64,000 nt of DNA, taken from assembly GCA_963771275.1 (NCBI GenBank), contig CAVYSW010000003.1, positions 1,184,001 to 1,248,000 of the forward strand, in the 5' to 3' direction. The translations under genes were made by a program, and so were the position numbers. Source of the DNA: an uncultured Gemmatimonadales bacterium. GTDB taxonomy: Bacteria > Gemmatimonadota > Gemmatimonadetes > Gemmatimonadales > GWC2-71-9. Position 1 is the first letter of the stretch. Every line of letters starts with the position of its first letter. Shown one piece after another: positions 9,814 to 21,042 of this stretch. The notes beneath the pieces were generated by a model. It saw nothing but the letters and a program-made list of their open reading frames with translations, ran no database searches and was not told where the DNA came from.

Positions 9814-11391
9814 ATGCCCTGCCCTGATGCTCGCCGCGTCGCGCGCCGGAGTGTATACACCTTGGCCGCGCTGTTCTTCGGAGCGGGATCGCTCGGCGCC
9901 CAGGCCCGCTCCAACTACGAAGAGTTGCAGACGTTCTCGGCCGTGCTGAACCACATCCGGATCAACTACGTGGACACGGTGCGGTACCCGCAGTTGGTGC
10001 GCGCGGCGATCGAGGGGGTGTTGCGCTCGCTCGATCCGCACAGCCGGTTCGTGCCGCGTGAGGATGTCGAGCGGTTCGCGGCGCTCGCGCGCGGGGAGCT
10101 CGGCTCCGTCGGGCTGGTGCTCGAGGATGTGGACGGTGTCGTCACGGTGCTCACAGTGACGCCGGCGAGTCCCGCGGCCAAGAAAGGGATCATGGCAGGC
10201 GACCGGCTGGTCGCGATCGACGACACCACCATGGCAGGCGTCGAGGCGAAGGCGATCGAGCTCAAGCTCGCGGGTCGCAAGGGGAGCAAGGTCACGCTTT
10301 CGCTCGAGCGCGGCCCCCGCTTCGAGCCGCAGGCGTATCGGGTCACGCTGAAGCGAGACCAGGTGGGGGAGCGCGCCGTGCCGATCGTGCGCATGCTCGA
10401 CGCAACCACGGGGTATGTGTGGCTTGCAGAGTTCACGGGCCGCGCGCCCGACGATCTCGGAGAGGCTCTGGGGCGATTGCGCGGGGAGGGCGCGAAGCGG
10501 GTGATCCTCGACCTGCGGGGTAACCCTGGCGGCCAGGTGAGCGCCTCGGTGGACATCGCGTCGATGTTCCTGCCGCGGAACACGCTGGTGTTCCGCACGC
10601 GGGGCCGCAAGCAGGACGTGGATGAGGATTTCGTGACCACGCGCAACGGGCAGTTTCGCGACGTTCCGCTGATTGTCCTGATCGACCGTCGCAGCGCCAG
10701 CGCGTCGGAGGCGCTTGCCGGCTCGTTGCAGGACCACGATCGCGCGCTCCTGGTCGGGCAGCGCAGCTTCGGTAAAGCGCTCGTCCAGGCCCCGTTCGCG
10801 CTGCCGGCCGGGGACGTCGTGTGGCTTACCATCGGGCGGGTGCTGACCCCCAGCGGGCGGTTCATCCAGCGCCGCTACAGCGGACTCCGGACCGAGCAGT
10901 ACTACGCCTTCGCCGGGCGCTCGGGGGCGGCAGCTGACACAACGACGGTTTTCCATACCGATGCCGGCCGGGAAATGCGTGGGGGCGGGGGGATCACCCC
11001 GGACGTGGAGGTGGCCACACCAGTCCCCCTGCCGGTGTGGCATGCCCTGGCCGCGGACAGCGGCTTCGACGATGCGGTGTCGGACAGCGTCGCGGCGACG
11101 CTGCCGCGCACGGACGCCGCACGCGCCGAGTGGCTGGCTGCCCGGGAGCGGTGGCGGTCCGCGCTCGTGGATCCGTTTCTCGAGCGGGTGCGCTCGCGGC
11201 TTGGGGTTGCGGCGGTGCCGGACACCGGCGTGATGCGGAGGCTTGGCCGGGGGATGGCCGCCCGGGTCGCGGAGGTGCGATGGGGTCCGGACGTGCGTGA
11301 CGAGCTGCTCCTGCAGGAGGACCCGGTGCTGGCCACGGCACGCGCCCTGTTCCCGCGGCTGCCGGCCCTGCTGGCCTCTCCGGCCAAGTAG
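9814..11391 (+). CDS. S41 family C-terminal processing peptidase with PDZ domain
   Basis: [35 protein letters not shown] before ATG 9814; signal peptide. Confidence 0.9.
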   Translation: MPCPDARRVARRSVYTLAALFFGAGSLGAQARSNYEELQTFSAVLNHIRINYVDTVRYPQLVRAAIEGVLRSLDPHSRFVPREDVERFAALARGELGSVGLVLEDVDGVVTVLTVTPASPAAKKGIMAGDRLVAIDDTTMAGVEAKAIELKLAGRKGSKVTLSLERGPRFEPQAYRVTLKRDQVGERAVPIVRMLDATTGYVWLAEFTGRAPDDLGEALGRLRGEGAKRVILDLRGNPGGQVSASVDIASMFLPRNTLVFRTRGRKQDVDEDFVTTRNGQFRDVPLIVLIDRRSASASEALAGSLQDHDRALLVGQRSFGKALVQAPFALPAGDVVWLTIGRVLTPSGRFIQRRYSGLRTEQYYAFAGRSGAAADTTTVFHTDAGREMRGGGGITPDVEVATPVPLPVWHALAADSGFDDAVSDSVAATLPRTDAARAEWLAARERWRSALVDPFLERVRSRLGVAAVPDTGVMRRLGRGMAARVAEVRWGPDVRDELLLQEDPVLATARALFPRLPALLASPAK

Positions 11392-11408
11392 CGACTATTA
11401 TTGGGCGC

Positions 11409-13553
11409 ATGCCCCAGAGGACCCCACAGAAGAACAAGGCCCCAGCGCGACGCGGTTCCGCCTCCCGGCTCGAGAAGCCGGAGCTCCTGGACATGTACCG
11501 CCTGATGCTGCTATCTCGGCGGCTCGACGACCGGGAGATCCAGCTCAAGCGCCAGAACAAGATCTTCTTCCAGATCTCTGGTGCCGGTCACGAGGCGATC
11601 CTGGTGGCGGCCGGGAAGGTGCTCAAGCCCGCGTACGACTGGTTCTATCCGTACTATCGCGATCGCGCCCTCTGCCTCGCGCTCGGCATGACCCCGACCG
11701 AGATGCTGCTCGAAGCGGTGGCGGCCGCGGACGATCCGAACTCCGGCGGCCGTCAGATGCCGTCGCATTGGGGCCACCAGGCGCTGAACATCGTGAGTTC
11801 ATCGAGCCCGACCGGCACGCAGTATCTCAACGCGGTCGGGTGTGCAGAAGCCTGGCTGCGCTACCACGAGATCGAGGACATCCCGGATCGCCTCGAGCGC
11901 ATGCGGAGCGACGAGGTCGTCTTCTGTTCCTCGGGAGACGGCACCACGAGCGAGGGCGAGTTCTGGGAGGCGTTGAACTCCGCCAGCAATCTGAAGCTTC
12001 CGGTGCTCTTTCTGATCGAGGACAACAAGTACGCGATCTCGGTCCCGGTGGAGGTCCAGACTGCCGGCGGGTCCATCTCGAACCTGCTGTGCGGCTTCCC
12101 CGACCTCTACGTCGAAGAGGTGGACGGTTGCGATCCGCTCGCGTCGTTCGAGGTCATGAGCCGCGCGGCGACGTACTGCCGGAGCCGGCGCGGGCCGGCG
12201 CTGGTCCACGCCCACGTGATCCGACCGTACTCGCACTCGCTGTCGGACGACGAGATCATGTACAAGATGCCCGAGGAGCGAGAGGAGGAGGCACAGCGGG
12301 ATCCGCTCCGCACCTTCTCGGCATGGCTGCTCGCCGAGGGCGTGGCGAGCGAACCGGAGTTGGAGGACATCCGGTCCCGCGTGGAGGAGGATATCGGGGT
12401 CGCGACCGAGATAGCCCTCGCGTCGCCGCAACCCCGACCGGAGACGATCCACCAGTTCGTCCACTCCCCGGATGTGGATCCCACGGCCGAGCAGTTCGAC
12501 ACCGAGGACGACCCCCAGTTTGCAGGGGATCCCACCACGATGGTGGACCTGCTCAACAAGTGCATGGAAGACGAGATGCGGCGCAATCCGCGGATCGTCA
12601 TCTTCGGCGAGGACGTGGCGGACACCTCGCGCGAAGAGCACATCGATCAGGTGAAGGGCAAGGGGGGCGTCTTCAAGGTCACATGGCTGCTGCAGAAGAA
12701 GTTCGGACACGCGCGGGTGTACAACTCCCCGCTCGCGGAGGCGAACATCGTCGGTCGGGCCATCGGGCTCGCGACACGCGGGCTCAAGCCGGTCGTGGAG
12801 ATCCAGTTCTTCGACTACATCTGGCCGGCGTACCACCAAATCCGGAGCGAGTTGGCGCTACTCCGGTGGCGCAGCAACAACGCGTTCAGCGCGCCGGTCG
12901 TGCTGCGGGTGACCTACGGCGGGTACCTCCGAGGTGGGGCGATCTACCACTCGCAGACCGGGGCGGCGCTGTTCACCCACATCCCGGGGTTGCGGGTGGT
13001 ATGCCCGGCCACGGCGCTCGACGCCAATGGGTTACTGCGCACGGCGATCCGGTGCGACGATCCCGTGGTGTTTCTCGAGCACAAGCATCTCTACCGACAG
13101 ACGTACAACAAGGCCGCCTATCCCGGCCCGAACTTCATGATCCCGTTCGGCAAGGCGAAGGTGGTACGGGCAGGGACGGACCTCACAGTGGTCACGTACG
13201 GCGCGGTGGTGCAACGCACGCTCAACGCGGCCCGACTGGTGGCCGAACGGGACGGCATCAGCGTGGAGGTGATCGATCTGCGGTCCCTCAATCCGGTGGA
13301 CTGGGACCGGATCGGGGACTCGGTGCGCAAGACCAACCGGGTGCTGATCGCGTACGAGGATTCGCTGTCGTGGGGGTACGGGGCGGAGATCGCCGCGCGC
13401 ATCGCCGGGGAGCACTTCGCCTGGCTCGACGCGCCCGTGATGCGGACTGCGGCGACGGACACGTTCGTGGCCTATGCCCCGGAACTGGAGGATGTGATCC
13501 TGCCGCAGGTGGAGAGTATCGCGACCGCGATCAGGGAGCTGCGCCGCTTCTAG
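11409..13553 (+). CDS. 2-oxoacid (probably branched-chain) dehydrogenase E1, fused alpha/beta
   Basis: YYRD, GDG..SEG..N TPP motif, [20 protein letters not shown]. Confidence 0.92.
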   Translation: MPQRTPQKNKAPARRGSASRLEKPELLDMYRLMLLSRRLDDREIQLKRQNKIFFQISGAGHEAILVAAGKVLKPAYDWFYPYYRDRALCLALGMTPTEMLLEAVAAADDPNSGGRQMPSHWGHQALNIVSSSSPTGTQYLNAVGCAEAWLRYHEIEDIPDRLERMRSDEVVFCSSGDGTTSEGEFWEALNSASNLKLPVLFLIEDNKYAISVPVEVQTAGGSISNLLCGFPDLYVEEVDGCDPLASFEVMSRAATYCRSRRGPALVHAHVIRPYSHSLSDDEIMYKMPEEREEEAQRDPLRTFSAWLLAEGVASEPELEDIRSRVEEDIGVATEIALASPQPRPETIHQFVHSPDVDPTAEQFDTEDDPQFAGDPTTMVDLLNKCMEDEMRRNPRIVIFGEDVADTSREEHIDQVKGKGGVFKVTWLLQKKFGHARVYNSPLAEANIVGRAIGLATRGLKPVVEIQFFDYIWPAYHQIRSELALLRWRSNNAFSAPVVLRVTYGGYLRGGAIYHSQTGAALFTHIPGLRVVCPATALDANGLLRTAIRCDDPVVFLEHKHLYRQTYNKAAYPGPNFMIPFGKAKVVRAGTDLTVVTYGAVVQRTLNAARLVAERDGISVEVIDLRSLNPVDWDRIGDSVRKTNRVLIAYEDSLSWGYGAEIAARIAGEHFAWLDAPVMRTAATDTFVAYAPELEDVILPQVESIATAIRELRRF

Positions 13554-15391
13554 CGCCCCAGCTCTTTGCGGATTTCACCGGCGGCGCCGATCGCCGCCTC
13601 GACGTCGTCGCTCAGAACGCGGGCGGCCTGGGTCGCGCTGGTGAGGTCGTCGAGCACCGCGCTTACGCCGGCCGACCGCAGCCGGAGCAGGTCGAACCGG
13701 ACATTCTGGACGGCGAGCACGCACGACTCGAACTGCACCTCGAGCGCCTGCCGGCGCTGCACCAGCTCCTGCAGCGCGCCCCGCTGGCGATCGAGCAGCT
13801 CCACGCGGTGGTCATCGCCCCCCTCGTCCCGCAGCGTCTGGATGCGGGCGTCGAGCCGGGCCAGGGCGTCGGGATCCACCTCGCCTTCCATCTGGGACAG
13901 CGTGCGGCCGAGATCGAGCGCCCGTTGGGCGAGTCCCTCGACGGTATGCACCACGTCCGGCAGCAGGGCCCGCTCGGAGGCTGGCAGACGCTCCACGATC
14001 TGACGGACCGCGGCCTGGTCGCGCCGCATCTGGTCGATCTGCGGCGACATCGTCCCGAAGTCCTCGTCCGCGCCCACGTCGGACCTGCCGCGCAGGGCCT
14101 TGGCTCCCTGGGGCGAACGGGCCTCGACGGCGTCGGGCGCGGGCGGGCGATTGATCACGTCGCGCCAGCTGTAGCCGGCCTGCCAGAGCTTGCCGTAGCG
14201 TGACGCGAGGCCGAACCCCCAAATGCCCGCCACCAGGAGAAACCACGGGTGCGTGATGTCGGTGCCCACGTTGACGAGCATCAGCGCCCCGGATACGCCG
14301 GCCCACTTCGCGAACTCGGCCCGGAACGTCCGCACGATCTCCGGCTCGCGGCTGCCGCGACTCGGGACGTCGGGCTCGCTGCCACGCCGCGCGGCGGGCC
14401 GCCGCTCGCGCTTCCGCTCCGGATGCCGCTCCCCGCGTGCCCATGCCAACTCCAGGGCGACGCCGTCGGTCGAGGCAGCCACCCGCCGCGACCGGGGGGC
14501 CGGGGACGGTGGGCGGTACGGTCCCCCGGAACGACTCTCCAGGGCGCGCCGCAGCGATTCCGCCGTAGGCCAGCGTGCCGTCGGGTCCTTTTCGAGGCAT
14601 CGCATGATCGACGCGGCGAGGTCATCGGGAATGTCGGCTCGCCGCCGCTTGATGTCGGGCGCCGGCTCCGAGATGTGCTTCATCAGGATGCCGGGAACGG
14701 TGGGCGCCTGGAACGGCAACTCACCGGTCGCCATCTCGTATGCCACCACACCCAGGGAATACAGGTCGCTGCGGGCGTCGATATCCCGCTCACCCGCCGC
14801 CTGCTCCGGGCTCATGTAGTGCGGTGTCCCGATGGCGATCCCGGTGCCGGTAAGCGTGCCGGGACCGGCCTCAGAGAGCGCCTTGGCGATCCCGAAGTCC
14901 GTCACCATGACTCGCCGCCGGGTCCCCTCGAGCAGGATGTTGTCCGGCTTGATGTCGCGGTGGATCACGCCCATCGAGTGCGCCATGCCCAGGGCGTCGG
15001 CGGTCTCCTTCATGATGCGGCGCACCTCTTCGGCCGGCAGTGCGTGCCGGCGCTTCAACCGCGCGGCGAGCGACTCACCGTCGACGAAGCCCATCACGAA
15101 ATACACCAGCCCGCCCTCGTCGCCGACCGCGTGAATCGGGACGATGTGGGGGTGGGATAGGCGCGCCGCCGTCTGCGCTTCCCGCATGAACCGGGTTTTG
15201 GTCTCCTGACGGAACGCCAGTTCCGGGGGGAGCACCTTGATGGCAACGCGGCGCTTCAGCGCGAGATCGCGTGCGGCAAACACAACACCCATGCCGCCAC
15301 GTCCGACTTCGCCCTCGAGGTCGTAAGCCCCCTCAAGGACGTGCGTGAGACGCTCAGCGAGCGGGTTGTCTTGCAGTTGGCCGTCGTCCAT
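13550..15391 (-). CDS. Hanks-type Ser/Thr protein kinase with two TM helices and C-terminal helical bundle
   Basis: [31 protein letters not shown]. Confidence 0.92.
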   Translation of the reverse strand: MDDGQLQDNPLAERLTHVLEGAYDLEGEVGRGGMGVVFAARDLALKRRVAIKVLPPELAFRQETKTRFMREAQTAARLSHPHIVPIHAVGDEGGLVYFVMGFVDGESLAARLKRRHALPAEEVRRIMKETADALGMAHSMGVIHRDIKPDNILLEGTRRRVMVTDFGIAKALSEAGPGTLTGTGIAIGTPHYMSPEQAAGERDIDARSDLYSLGVVAYEMATGELPFQAPTVPGILMKHISEPAPDIKRRRADIPDDLAASIMRCLEKDPTARWPTAESLRRALESRSGGPYRPPSPAPRSRRVAASTDGVALELAWARGERHPERKRERRPAARRGSEPDVPSRGSREPEIVRTFRAEFAKWAGVSGALMLVNVGTDITHPWFLLVAGIWGFGLASRYGKLWQAGYSWRDVINRPPAPDAVEARSPQGAKALRGRSDVGADEDFGTMSPQIDQMRRDQAAVRQIVERLPASERALLPDVVHTVEGLAQRALDLGRTLSQMEGEVDPDALARLDARIQTLRDEGGDDHRVELLDRQRGALQELVQRRQALEVQFESCVLAVQNVRFDLLRLRSAGVSAVLDDLTSATQAARVLSDDVEAAIGAAGEIRKELGR

Positions 15392-15474
15392 TTGGCAACC
15401 GTCGAGGCTCGGCCGTAGATTAGTCCGGGTCCGGGGCGCTGGCAACCTGCGAAAACACCTCGACGAGGCTGCAA

Positions 15475-15723
15475 ATGCGTTGGATCACGGATGATGCCGG
15501 TCGCCGGTGGTCGGCCGAGCGAGTGGGCCGCACCTCCGGCCTCGTATCTACGAGGCGAAAGTCCACAGGTTTCCCCGAACCAGCCGACATCGTCCGGTTC
15601 GACTGCGAGTCCGACCGGAAAGAGCCCGCCCGAGAGATCACGACCCGCGCCGGTTTGCTGGAGCAGCTCACGGACTCCGAGCTCAAAGCCCTGCTCAATA
15701 GCGCACCCCGAGCCACCAACTGA
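15475..15723 (+). CDS. Small hypothetical protein (82 aa)
   Basis: GAGG RBS, ATG start, protein-like composition. Confidence 0.6.
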   Translation: MRWITDDAGRRWSAERVGRTSGLVSTRRKSTGFPEPADIVRFDCESDRKEPAREITTRAGLLEQLTDSELKALLNSAPRATN

Positions 15724-15727
15724 GATC

Positions 15728-15765
15728 CGACGTTCCCTGCCATTCTGACATGGCAGCGGACGTCG
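15728..15765 (+). terminator. Stem-loop after the small gene
   Basis: CGACGT..CTGCCAT / ATGGCAG..ACGTCG inverted repeat; no U-tract. Confidence 0.35.
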
Positions 15766-15832
15766 CTCGGCCAATTCAAGCCTTGGAACGGCAGGACCGT
15801 GGACGGGTTACCGCACAATAGGCATGGCTCCC

Positions 15833-15847
15833 TGGCACGTCGAGTGC
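15833..15847 (+). promoter_or_regulatory. Putative sigma-54 (-24/-12) promoter of lon
   Basis: TGGCACG-TCGA-GTGC; exact GG-N10-GC spacing, about 50 nt upstream of lon. Confidence 0.55.
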
Positions 15848-15898
15848 GTTGTTGAGCCTGCCCAGTCCATCGGCCTCGACACCTGAACGGGCTTTGTC

Positions 15899-18367
15899 AT
15901 GACACAGATAACCGGTACGCCCCCCATCGAACACATCCGCCTCCCCGTGCTGCCGTTACGGGAGGTGGTGTTGTTCCCGGGGGTGACCGCGCCGATCGGT
16001 GCGGGCCGGCCCGGGACGCTGCGGGCAATCGAGGCCGCGCTGAAGCGGGAGGACCGGCGCATCTTCGCGGTCTGTCAGCGCGAGAACACCGACCAGGTCG
16101 ACCCCACGGGCCTGTACACCACCGGCACGGTGGCGAAGATCGGGCAGATCCAGCGGGGACTCGGTGGCGTCCAGCTCCTGCTCCACGGAGAGTACCGCGC
16201 CACGGTACTGCAGTACTCCGAGGTCGAGGGGTACATCGAGGCCGTCGTCGTCCACGCCCCGGACCTCGCGCCGATCGACCCCTCCGAAGCGGCGTTTATC
16301 GCGCTGCATCGGGAAGTGCGCGAGCGCGCGGCCGAACTGGGGCAGAAAACGGGTCTCGCCGAGGACGTGGTCGAGCAGGTGCTTGAAGGCGTGAGCGATC
16401 CAGGGCGATTCGCGGACCTCGTTGCCGGCTACCTCGACGTGTCCTCCAAGGATCGGCAGGCGTTGCTCGAGACCCTGGGCGTTGAGGAGCGGCTGCGGCG
16501 GGTGTTGCTGCACGTGCAACGGCAAATCGACCTGCTCGACGCCCAGCAGGACATCAAGTCGAAGGTGCAGGAGGAACTCGGCGAGCGGCAGCGCGAGATG
16601 TTCCTGCGCGAGCAGATGCGGGCGATCCGCAAGGAGCTGGGTGAGGAGGAGGAGGCGGCGGTCACCGACGAGCTTCGACAGTTGCTCGAGGGACTCGAGT
16701 TGTCGGAAGAGGCGCGCAAGGAGGTCAAGCGCGAGCTGTCCCGACTTGCCCGCGCGCCGCGGGACTCCATGGAGGCCCAGGTCATTCGGACGTACCTGGA
16801 GACGGTTGCCGAGCTGCCGTGGGGGAAGCGCAGCGAGGAGCATCTCGATCTCAAAGGTGCGGCGGAGATCCTCGACGCCGACCACTTCGGCCTCAACGAC
16901 GTCAAGGACCGGGTGCTCGAGTTCCTCGCGGTGCGACAACTGCGCGAACGGCAGGACCAGGCGGCGCGCGTGAGCGGACAGGTCGCGCCGCCGCCGGGTA
17001 ACGAGGACGATCGCCGGGCGAAGGGGTCCATCCTGCTGTTCGTCGGGCCGCCCGGCGTCGGCAAGACCTCGATCGCGAAGTCGATCGCCCGGTCGATGGG
17101 CAGAGAATACGTGCGAATCTCTCTCGGCGGCGCGCGCGACGAAGCGGATATTCGCGGCCATCGCCGAACCTATGTCGGCGCAATGCCGGGCCGCATCATC
17201 CAGGGGATGAAGAAGGCGGGGACCAAGAACCCGGTCTTCCTGCTCGATGAGGTGGACAAGCTCGGCGTGTCGTTCCAGGGCGATCCCGCCGCGGCCCTGC
17301 TCGAGGTGCTCGATCCCGCCCAGAACGACTCGTTCACCGACCATTACATGAGCGTGCCGTTCGACCTCTCGGAAGTGCTGTTCATTGCAACGGCCAACTT
17401 CCTGGAGCACATCCCGGCGCCGCTGCTCGATCGCATGGAGATGGTGGAATTCTCCGGGTACACCGAGCAGGAGAAGCTGGAGATCGCGCGACGCTACCTC
17501 ATCCCGCGCCAGCTGGGCGAGGCCGGCCTGTCACCGGAGCAGTTGACGATCGGGGATGAGGGGCTGTGCGCCATCGTGTCGGGCTACACGCGCGAGGCCG
17601 GCGTGCGCCAACTCGAGCGCGAATTGGGCAAAGTGATGCGCAAGGTGGCACGCGAGATCGCGGCGGGGGACACGACCCGGCTCGACGTCGACCACGAGGC
17701 CGTGGAGCGATTGCTGGGGCGGCCACGGGTCCATCCGGAGCGGGCTGCACGCCAGCCGGAGGTCGGGATCGCGACGGGGATGTACTACACGCCGGTGGGC
17801 GGGGACATCATGTTCGTCGAGGCTTCGATCATGCGGGGAAAGGGGGAGCTGGTCCTCACCGGGCAGCTGGGCGACGTGATGAAGGAGTCCGCGCGCGCGG
17901 GGCTGACGTACGCCAAGACCCACGCCGATGAGCTCGGCATCCCTGTGGAGCGGTTCGTCGACAAGGACGTCCACATCCACGTTCCAGCCGGCGCGATCCC
18001 CAAGGAAGGCTCCTCGGCGGGCGTCACGATGGCGACCGCGCTCGTGAGCGCGTTGTCCGGCGTGCCGGCCCGCAACGATGTTGCCATGACCGGCGAGGTC
18101 ACCCTGTCGGGCCGGGTGCTGCCGATCGGTGGCGTGAAGGAGAAGGTGCTCGGCGCGCTTCGGGCCGGGATCACGACGATCGTCCTGCCCAGGGAGAACC
18201 TGGCCGACCTCGACGACATCAGGGAGGATGAGCGGGCGAAGCTCGACGTGCACCCGGTCGATCACCTGTCCGAAGTGCTCGCCGTGGCGCTCCAGCAGGC
18301 CAAGGAGGGATCCGGAGAACGTGTGCAAGCCGCAGACGGGGCCGCCCTCGCGCTGACTCCGCCCTGA
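15899..18367 (+). CDS. lon: ATP-dependent Lon protease (LonA type)
   Basis: LON N-domain, GPPGVGKTS, RGHRRTYVGAMPG, LLDEVDK, HIHVPAGAIPK..SAG, GGVKEK. Confidence 0.95.
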   Translation: MTQITGTPPIEHIRLPVLPLREVVLFPGVTAPIGAGRPGTLRAIEAALKREDRRIFAVCQRENTDQVDPTGLYTTGTVAKIGQIQRGLGGVQLLLHGEYRATVLQYSEVEGYIEAVVVHAPDLAPIDPSEAAFIALHREVRERAAELGQKTGLAEDVVEQVLEGVSDPGRFADLVAGYLDVSSKDRQALLETLGVEERLRRVLLHVQRQIDLLDAQQDIKSKVQEELGERQREMFLREQMRAIRKELGEEEEAAVTDELRQLLEGLELSEEARKEVKRELSRLARAPRDSMEAQVIRTYLETVAELPWGKRSEEHLDLKGAAEILDADHFGLNDVKDRVLEFLAVRQLRERQDQAARVSGQVAPPPGNEDDRRAKGSILLFVGPPGVGKTSIAKSIARSMGREYVRISLGGARDEADIRGHRRTYVGAMPGRIIQGMKKAGTKNPVFLLDEVDKLGVSFQGDPAAALLEVLDPAQNDSFTDHYMSVPFDLSEVLFIATANFLEHIPAPLLDRMEMVEFSGYTEQEKLEIARRYLIPRQLGEAGLSPEQLTIGDEGLCAIVSGYTREAGVRQLERELGKVMRKVAREIAAGDTTRLDVDHEAVERLLGRPRVHPERAARQPEVGIATGMYYTPVGGDIMFVEASIMRGKGELVLTGQLGDVMKESARAGLTYAKTHADELGIPVERFVDKDVHIHVPAGAIPKEGSSAGVTMATALVSALSGVPARNDVAMTGEVTLSGRVLPIGGVKEKVLGALRAGITTIVLPRENLADLDDIREDERAKLDVHPVDHLSEVLAVALQQAKEGSGERVQAADGAALALTPP

Positions 18368-18375
18368 GGGGTGCG

Positions 18376-18951
18376 CTACCAGGCGATGGCTTTGAGAAGC
18401 GTCGTACTCACCTCGGCGCTCCAGCCGGCGCGAGAACGGCTGGCTTTGGGGAGAATCGGCTCCAAGGCCAGGTATCCGGCACAAAGCACCAGAAGCTCAA
18501 CGGCGGTGTCTGCAGGGTCCACCCAGTCTCCGAAGTAACCCAATCCCTGCCCTGCGGAGATCAGACCGGTGAGCTCGCGCAAGGCCATCGCCACGTAGGC
18601 CCGACCCGCGACCTCCGCGCCGCCGCTGGCCTGCCGATCCACCAGCAGAGCGACCACCTCCGGGTGGGCGCGCAGCTCGGAATACAGACGATCGACGGCG
18701 ACTCGAATGCGCTCCGGCGCGGCGGCCGCCGGTCCCGTCGCCAGCGACTCGCCGATTCCCACGGACACCGCCGGACTCGCCGCGGCCTCGAGCAGCCCGG
18801 TCTTCGAGCCGAAGTAGTAGTAGAGCAACTGCTTGTTGACCCGTGCCCGGCGCGCAATGCGCGCAACCCGGGCTCCAGCGTAGCCGAACTCGGCGAACTC
18901 CGTCCTTGCCGCCTCGAGGATCCTCGTGCGCGACGCTCCGTCGTTCGCCAT
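18376..18951 (-). CDS. TetR/AcrR family regulator
   Basis: N-terminal HTH: ILEAARTEFAEFGYAGARVARIA..VNKQLLYYYFGSK. Confidence 0.88.
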   Translation of the reverse strand: MANDGASRTRILEAARTEFAEFGYAGARVARIARRARVNKQLLYYYFGSKTGLLEAAASPAVSVGIGESLATGPAAAAPERIRVAVDRLYSELRAHPEVVALLVDRQASGGAEVAGRAYVAMALRELTGLISAGQGLGYFGDWVDPADTAVELLVLCAGYLALEPILPKASRSRAGWSAEVSTTLLKAIAW

Positions 18952-19003
18952 GTGCATCTCAACCGAATGGTTGAGCCAAGATTGGGAAGCGCAGCCCCCG
19001 CTG

Positions 19004-19687
19004 TCAACCCACGATCGCAGAGATCGCAGCCCGGACGACACGCTGGAACAGTGGGTCGAGCGACCAGTATCCCGCCGCCCCATCGCCCACCGAACTCACC
19101 AAGGCACCGTCTGCGATGAGGAGCATGACCGGGCCAGGGAAATCGCGCCCAGGAGTCTCCCGAGGGATCTCACCGGTGAGTACCAGGCCGGTTTCGGAGC
19201 CCGGACCCAGGCTCCACGTTGATGTCGGACGGCCCGCTGCCATCCGCGCACGAAACGCGGGGCCAAGGGCGCGGAGCTCGCCGGCCGGCGCGACGCAAAG
19301 AACCTCTCCCTCAGTGCGAACGATCCCGCGGGTCGCCGTCTCCCGGATGGCGCGGTCCCCCTCGAGTCGGACGAGCGGCGCCACACCGAGGTCCGGCTGG
19401 GCGAGCACCTGGTCCTCCAGGCGATCGAGCTTGCGGGCTTGGGCCTCGCCGATGATGGTGAGGAGCGCTTGTGGCTGGACCACGCGGTAGCGCCGCGGAC
19501 TGGTGCCGGTCAGCACCGCGGCGCGCTTGGCCACGAGACCGTCGAGGGCCTGGTATGCGTTGGCGCGGGCGATGGTGAGCTGCTTCGCGACCGCGTACCC
19601 ACTCGACGGTCCCAGGGTGAGCAACGCCGCATAGGCAAGGCTCTCGGTCGCGGTGAAGCCGAATGGCGTCAAATCGAGTTCCGGCAT
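19004..19687 (-). CDS. TrmB family transcriptional regulator
   Basis: GFTATESLAY.ALL..GPSSGY.VAK...IARANAY..L wHTH. Confidence 0.85.
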   Translation of the reverse strand: MPELDLTPFGFTATESLAYAALLTLGPSSGYAVAKQLTIARANAYQALDGLVAKRAAVLTGTSPRRYRVVQPQALLTIIGEAQARKLDRLEDQVLAQPDLGVAPLVRLEGDRAIRETATRGIVRTEGEVLCVAPAGELRALGPAFRARMAAGRPTSTWSLGPGSETGLVLTGEIPRETPGRDFPGPVMLLIADGALVSSVGDGAAGYWSLDPLFQRVVRAAISAIVG

Positions 19688-19688
19688 G

Positions 19689-19705
19689 GTAGTATAAATT
19701 ACTAC
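19689..19705. promoter_or_regulatory. Palindromic operator in front of the trmB-like gene
   Basis: GTAGTA-N5-TACTAC, AT-rich, 1 nt from the start codon. Confidence 0.6.
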
Positions 19706-19737
19706 TACGCATATGCGCGCGCCAATCGCCCGCCGGG

Positions 19738-19773
19738 GTGGCTGGAATGTCTCTAGTGGCTGGAGTGTCTCTA
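19738..19773. repeat. 18-bp tandem direct repeat (2 copies)
   Basis: GTGGCTGGAATGTCTCTA / GTGGCTGGAGTGTCTCTA (17/18). Confidence 0.8.
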
Positions 19774-19784
19774 ACTGATGGTGG

Positions 19785-20921
19785 CTAAGTGTATTCGAGT
19801 GCCCAGCCGGCGAGCTTCGCGATCAGGGCGAGTCTGAAGGTCACGTCGGCCTGACGTCGCTCCGCCGTCTTCGCGTCCACCTCGAGCGGAAACGCGAAGT
19901 CGGCGATCCGTGAAGGGGACTTGGGCAGGGACCGCAGGTTCCGAGGGGTCCACACGCCGTTGGCATCCACGTCGTCCAGCAAGCGCCGCAGCACCCGGGC
20001 GGCGACCTCGTTTGTGCCGAGCATTCCCATGCGCACGAGCAGTTCGATCCAGTGGAGGGCGAGGGGCAGGTCCCTTGCGGTCCCGTTCCGATCCGCCTCG
20101 AGCGGGTTGCCGATCAGCTGGTAGGTCGGCTGGATCGTCTTTCGCCCCACGGCGATCACGTACTTCTTGCGCGGCTGCGGTTGCGCGAGGTAGGCGCACA
20201 GGCGCTCCACGAACCCCGCCCGCTCGCGTTGCAGCGTGGGCATGTAGGCCACGATCGCGACGAGGAGCGTGGTGGGGGGGAACGCCTCGGGGTGAAGGAT
20301 CGTCCGGGCGCCCTTGCGCACCAAGGGCCTGCCGGCGAGCTCGCTGCGCAGGAACTGTGAGACCAGCGACACGATGCGGTGTGCCGACCCGCGGACCCGA
20401 GGATCCTCAACCAGTCCCGCGTGGGCCAGCGCCGCGGTCGCTCCCTCGCGGAAGTGGTCTCGACCCCGCACGGCCAGCTCGGCGTTTCCCTTGGCCGCCG
20501 TCCTGTACTCGACCAACAGCTCCGGGGCTTCGTCGCGGGAGAGGAGCCGAAAGAAGAGGCGTTCGGCGAGGCGGTAGGCACGCTCGTCGCGGGGGACGCC
20601 GAGCTCCAGCAGGCGGCGGTACTGGGCTACGGTACCGACATCCCTGTAACCCTGGGTCTTGTTCGGCGCCAGGCCGAGGATGTTGTCGCCCCACAGCCCG
20701 GTCTTCTTCTGCTTCTTGAGGGTCTGGAGCACCAGCTTGTACTGGCGCAACTCCTCCCGGAGGAGCTCGTAGTCCGTCGGGTTGGCCGCTCCCGGTGGCA
20801 GGATGTCATTGACAGTGCGCCACTTAACTGCGGGAGAGGCGTACGCGCGCAGCCAGCTGACCGGGACGCGGTGGGAGGTCGGGAGATCCAGGACGGCCCC
20901 TCCGGGGGAGATTCTGGCCAA
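19785..20921 (-). CDS. Hypothetical all-helical protein (possible prenyltransferase/terpene-cyclase-like alpha-alpha toroid)
   Basis: 378-aa ORF; QxxxGxW-like segments (KQKKTGLW, DANGVW); fold call is weak. Confidence 0.7.
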   Translation of the reverse strand: MARISPGGAVLDLPTSHRVPVSWLRAYASPAVKWRTVNDILPPGAANPTDYELLREELRQYKLVLQTLKKQKKTGLWGDNILGLAPNKTQGYRDVGTVAQYRRLLELGVPRDERAYRLAERLFFRLLSRDEAPELLVEYRTAAKGNAELAVRGRDHFREGATAALAHAGLVEDPRVRGSAHRIVSLVSQFLRSELAGRPLVRKGARTILHPEAFPPTTLLVAIVAYMPTLQRERAGFVERLCAYLAQPQPRKKYVIAVGRKTIQPTYQLIGNPLEADRNGTARDLPLALHWIELLVRMGMLGTNEVAARVLRRLLDDVDANGVWTPRNLRSLPKSPSRIADFAFPLEVDAKTAERRQADVTFRLALIAKLAGWALEYT

Positions 20922-21042
20922 ACGAACGGGGGAACATAGTCCGTTTGACGCCGGTCAGCCAGTGCCGAGCTGGCCGAGTCCGGCGCTGAGGGCGGTCGGC
21001 GCGCCTTGCCGCTCGCCGGGGCCGTTCGCACATTTCGGGGAC

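Noticed and set aside
19738..19773. Possible mini-CRISPR
   Set aside because: Two adjacent 18-mers with no spacer and no cas genes
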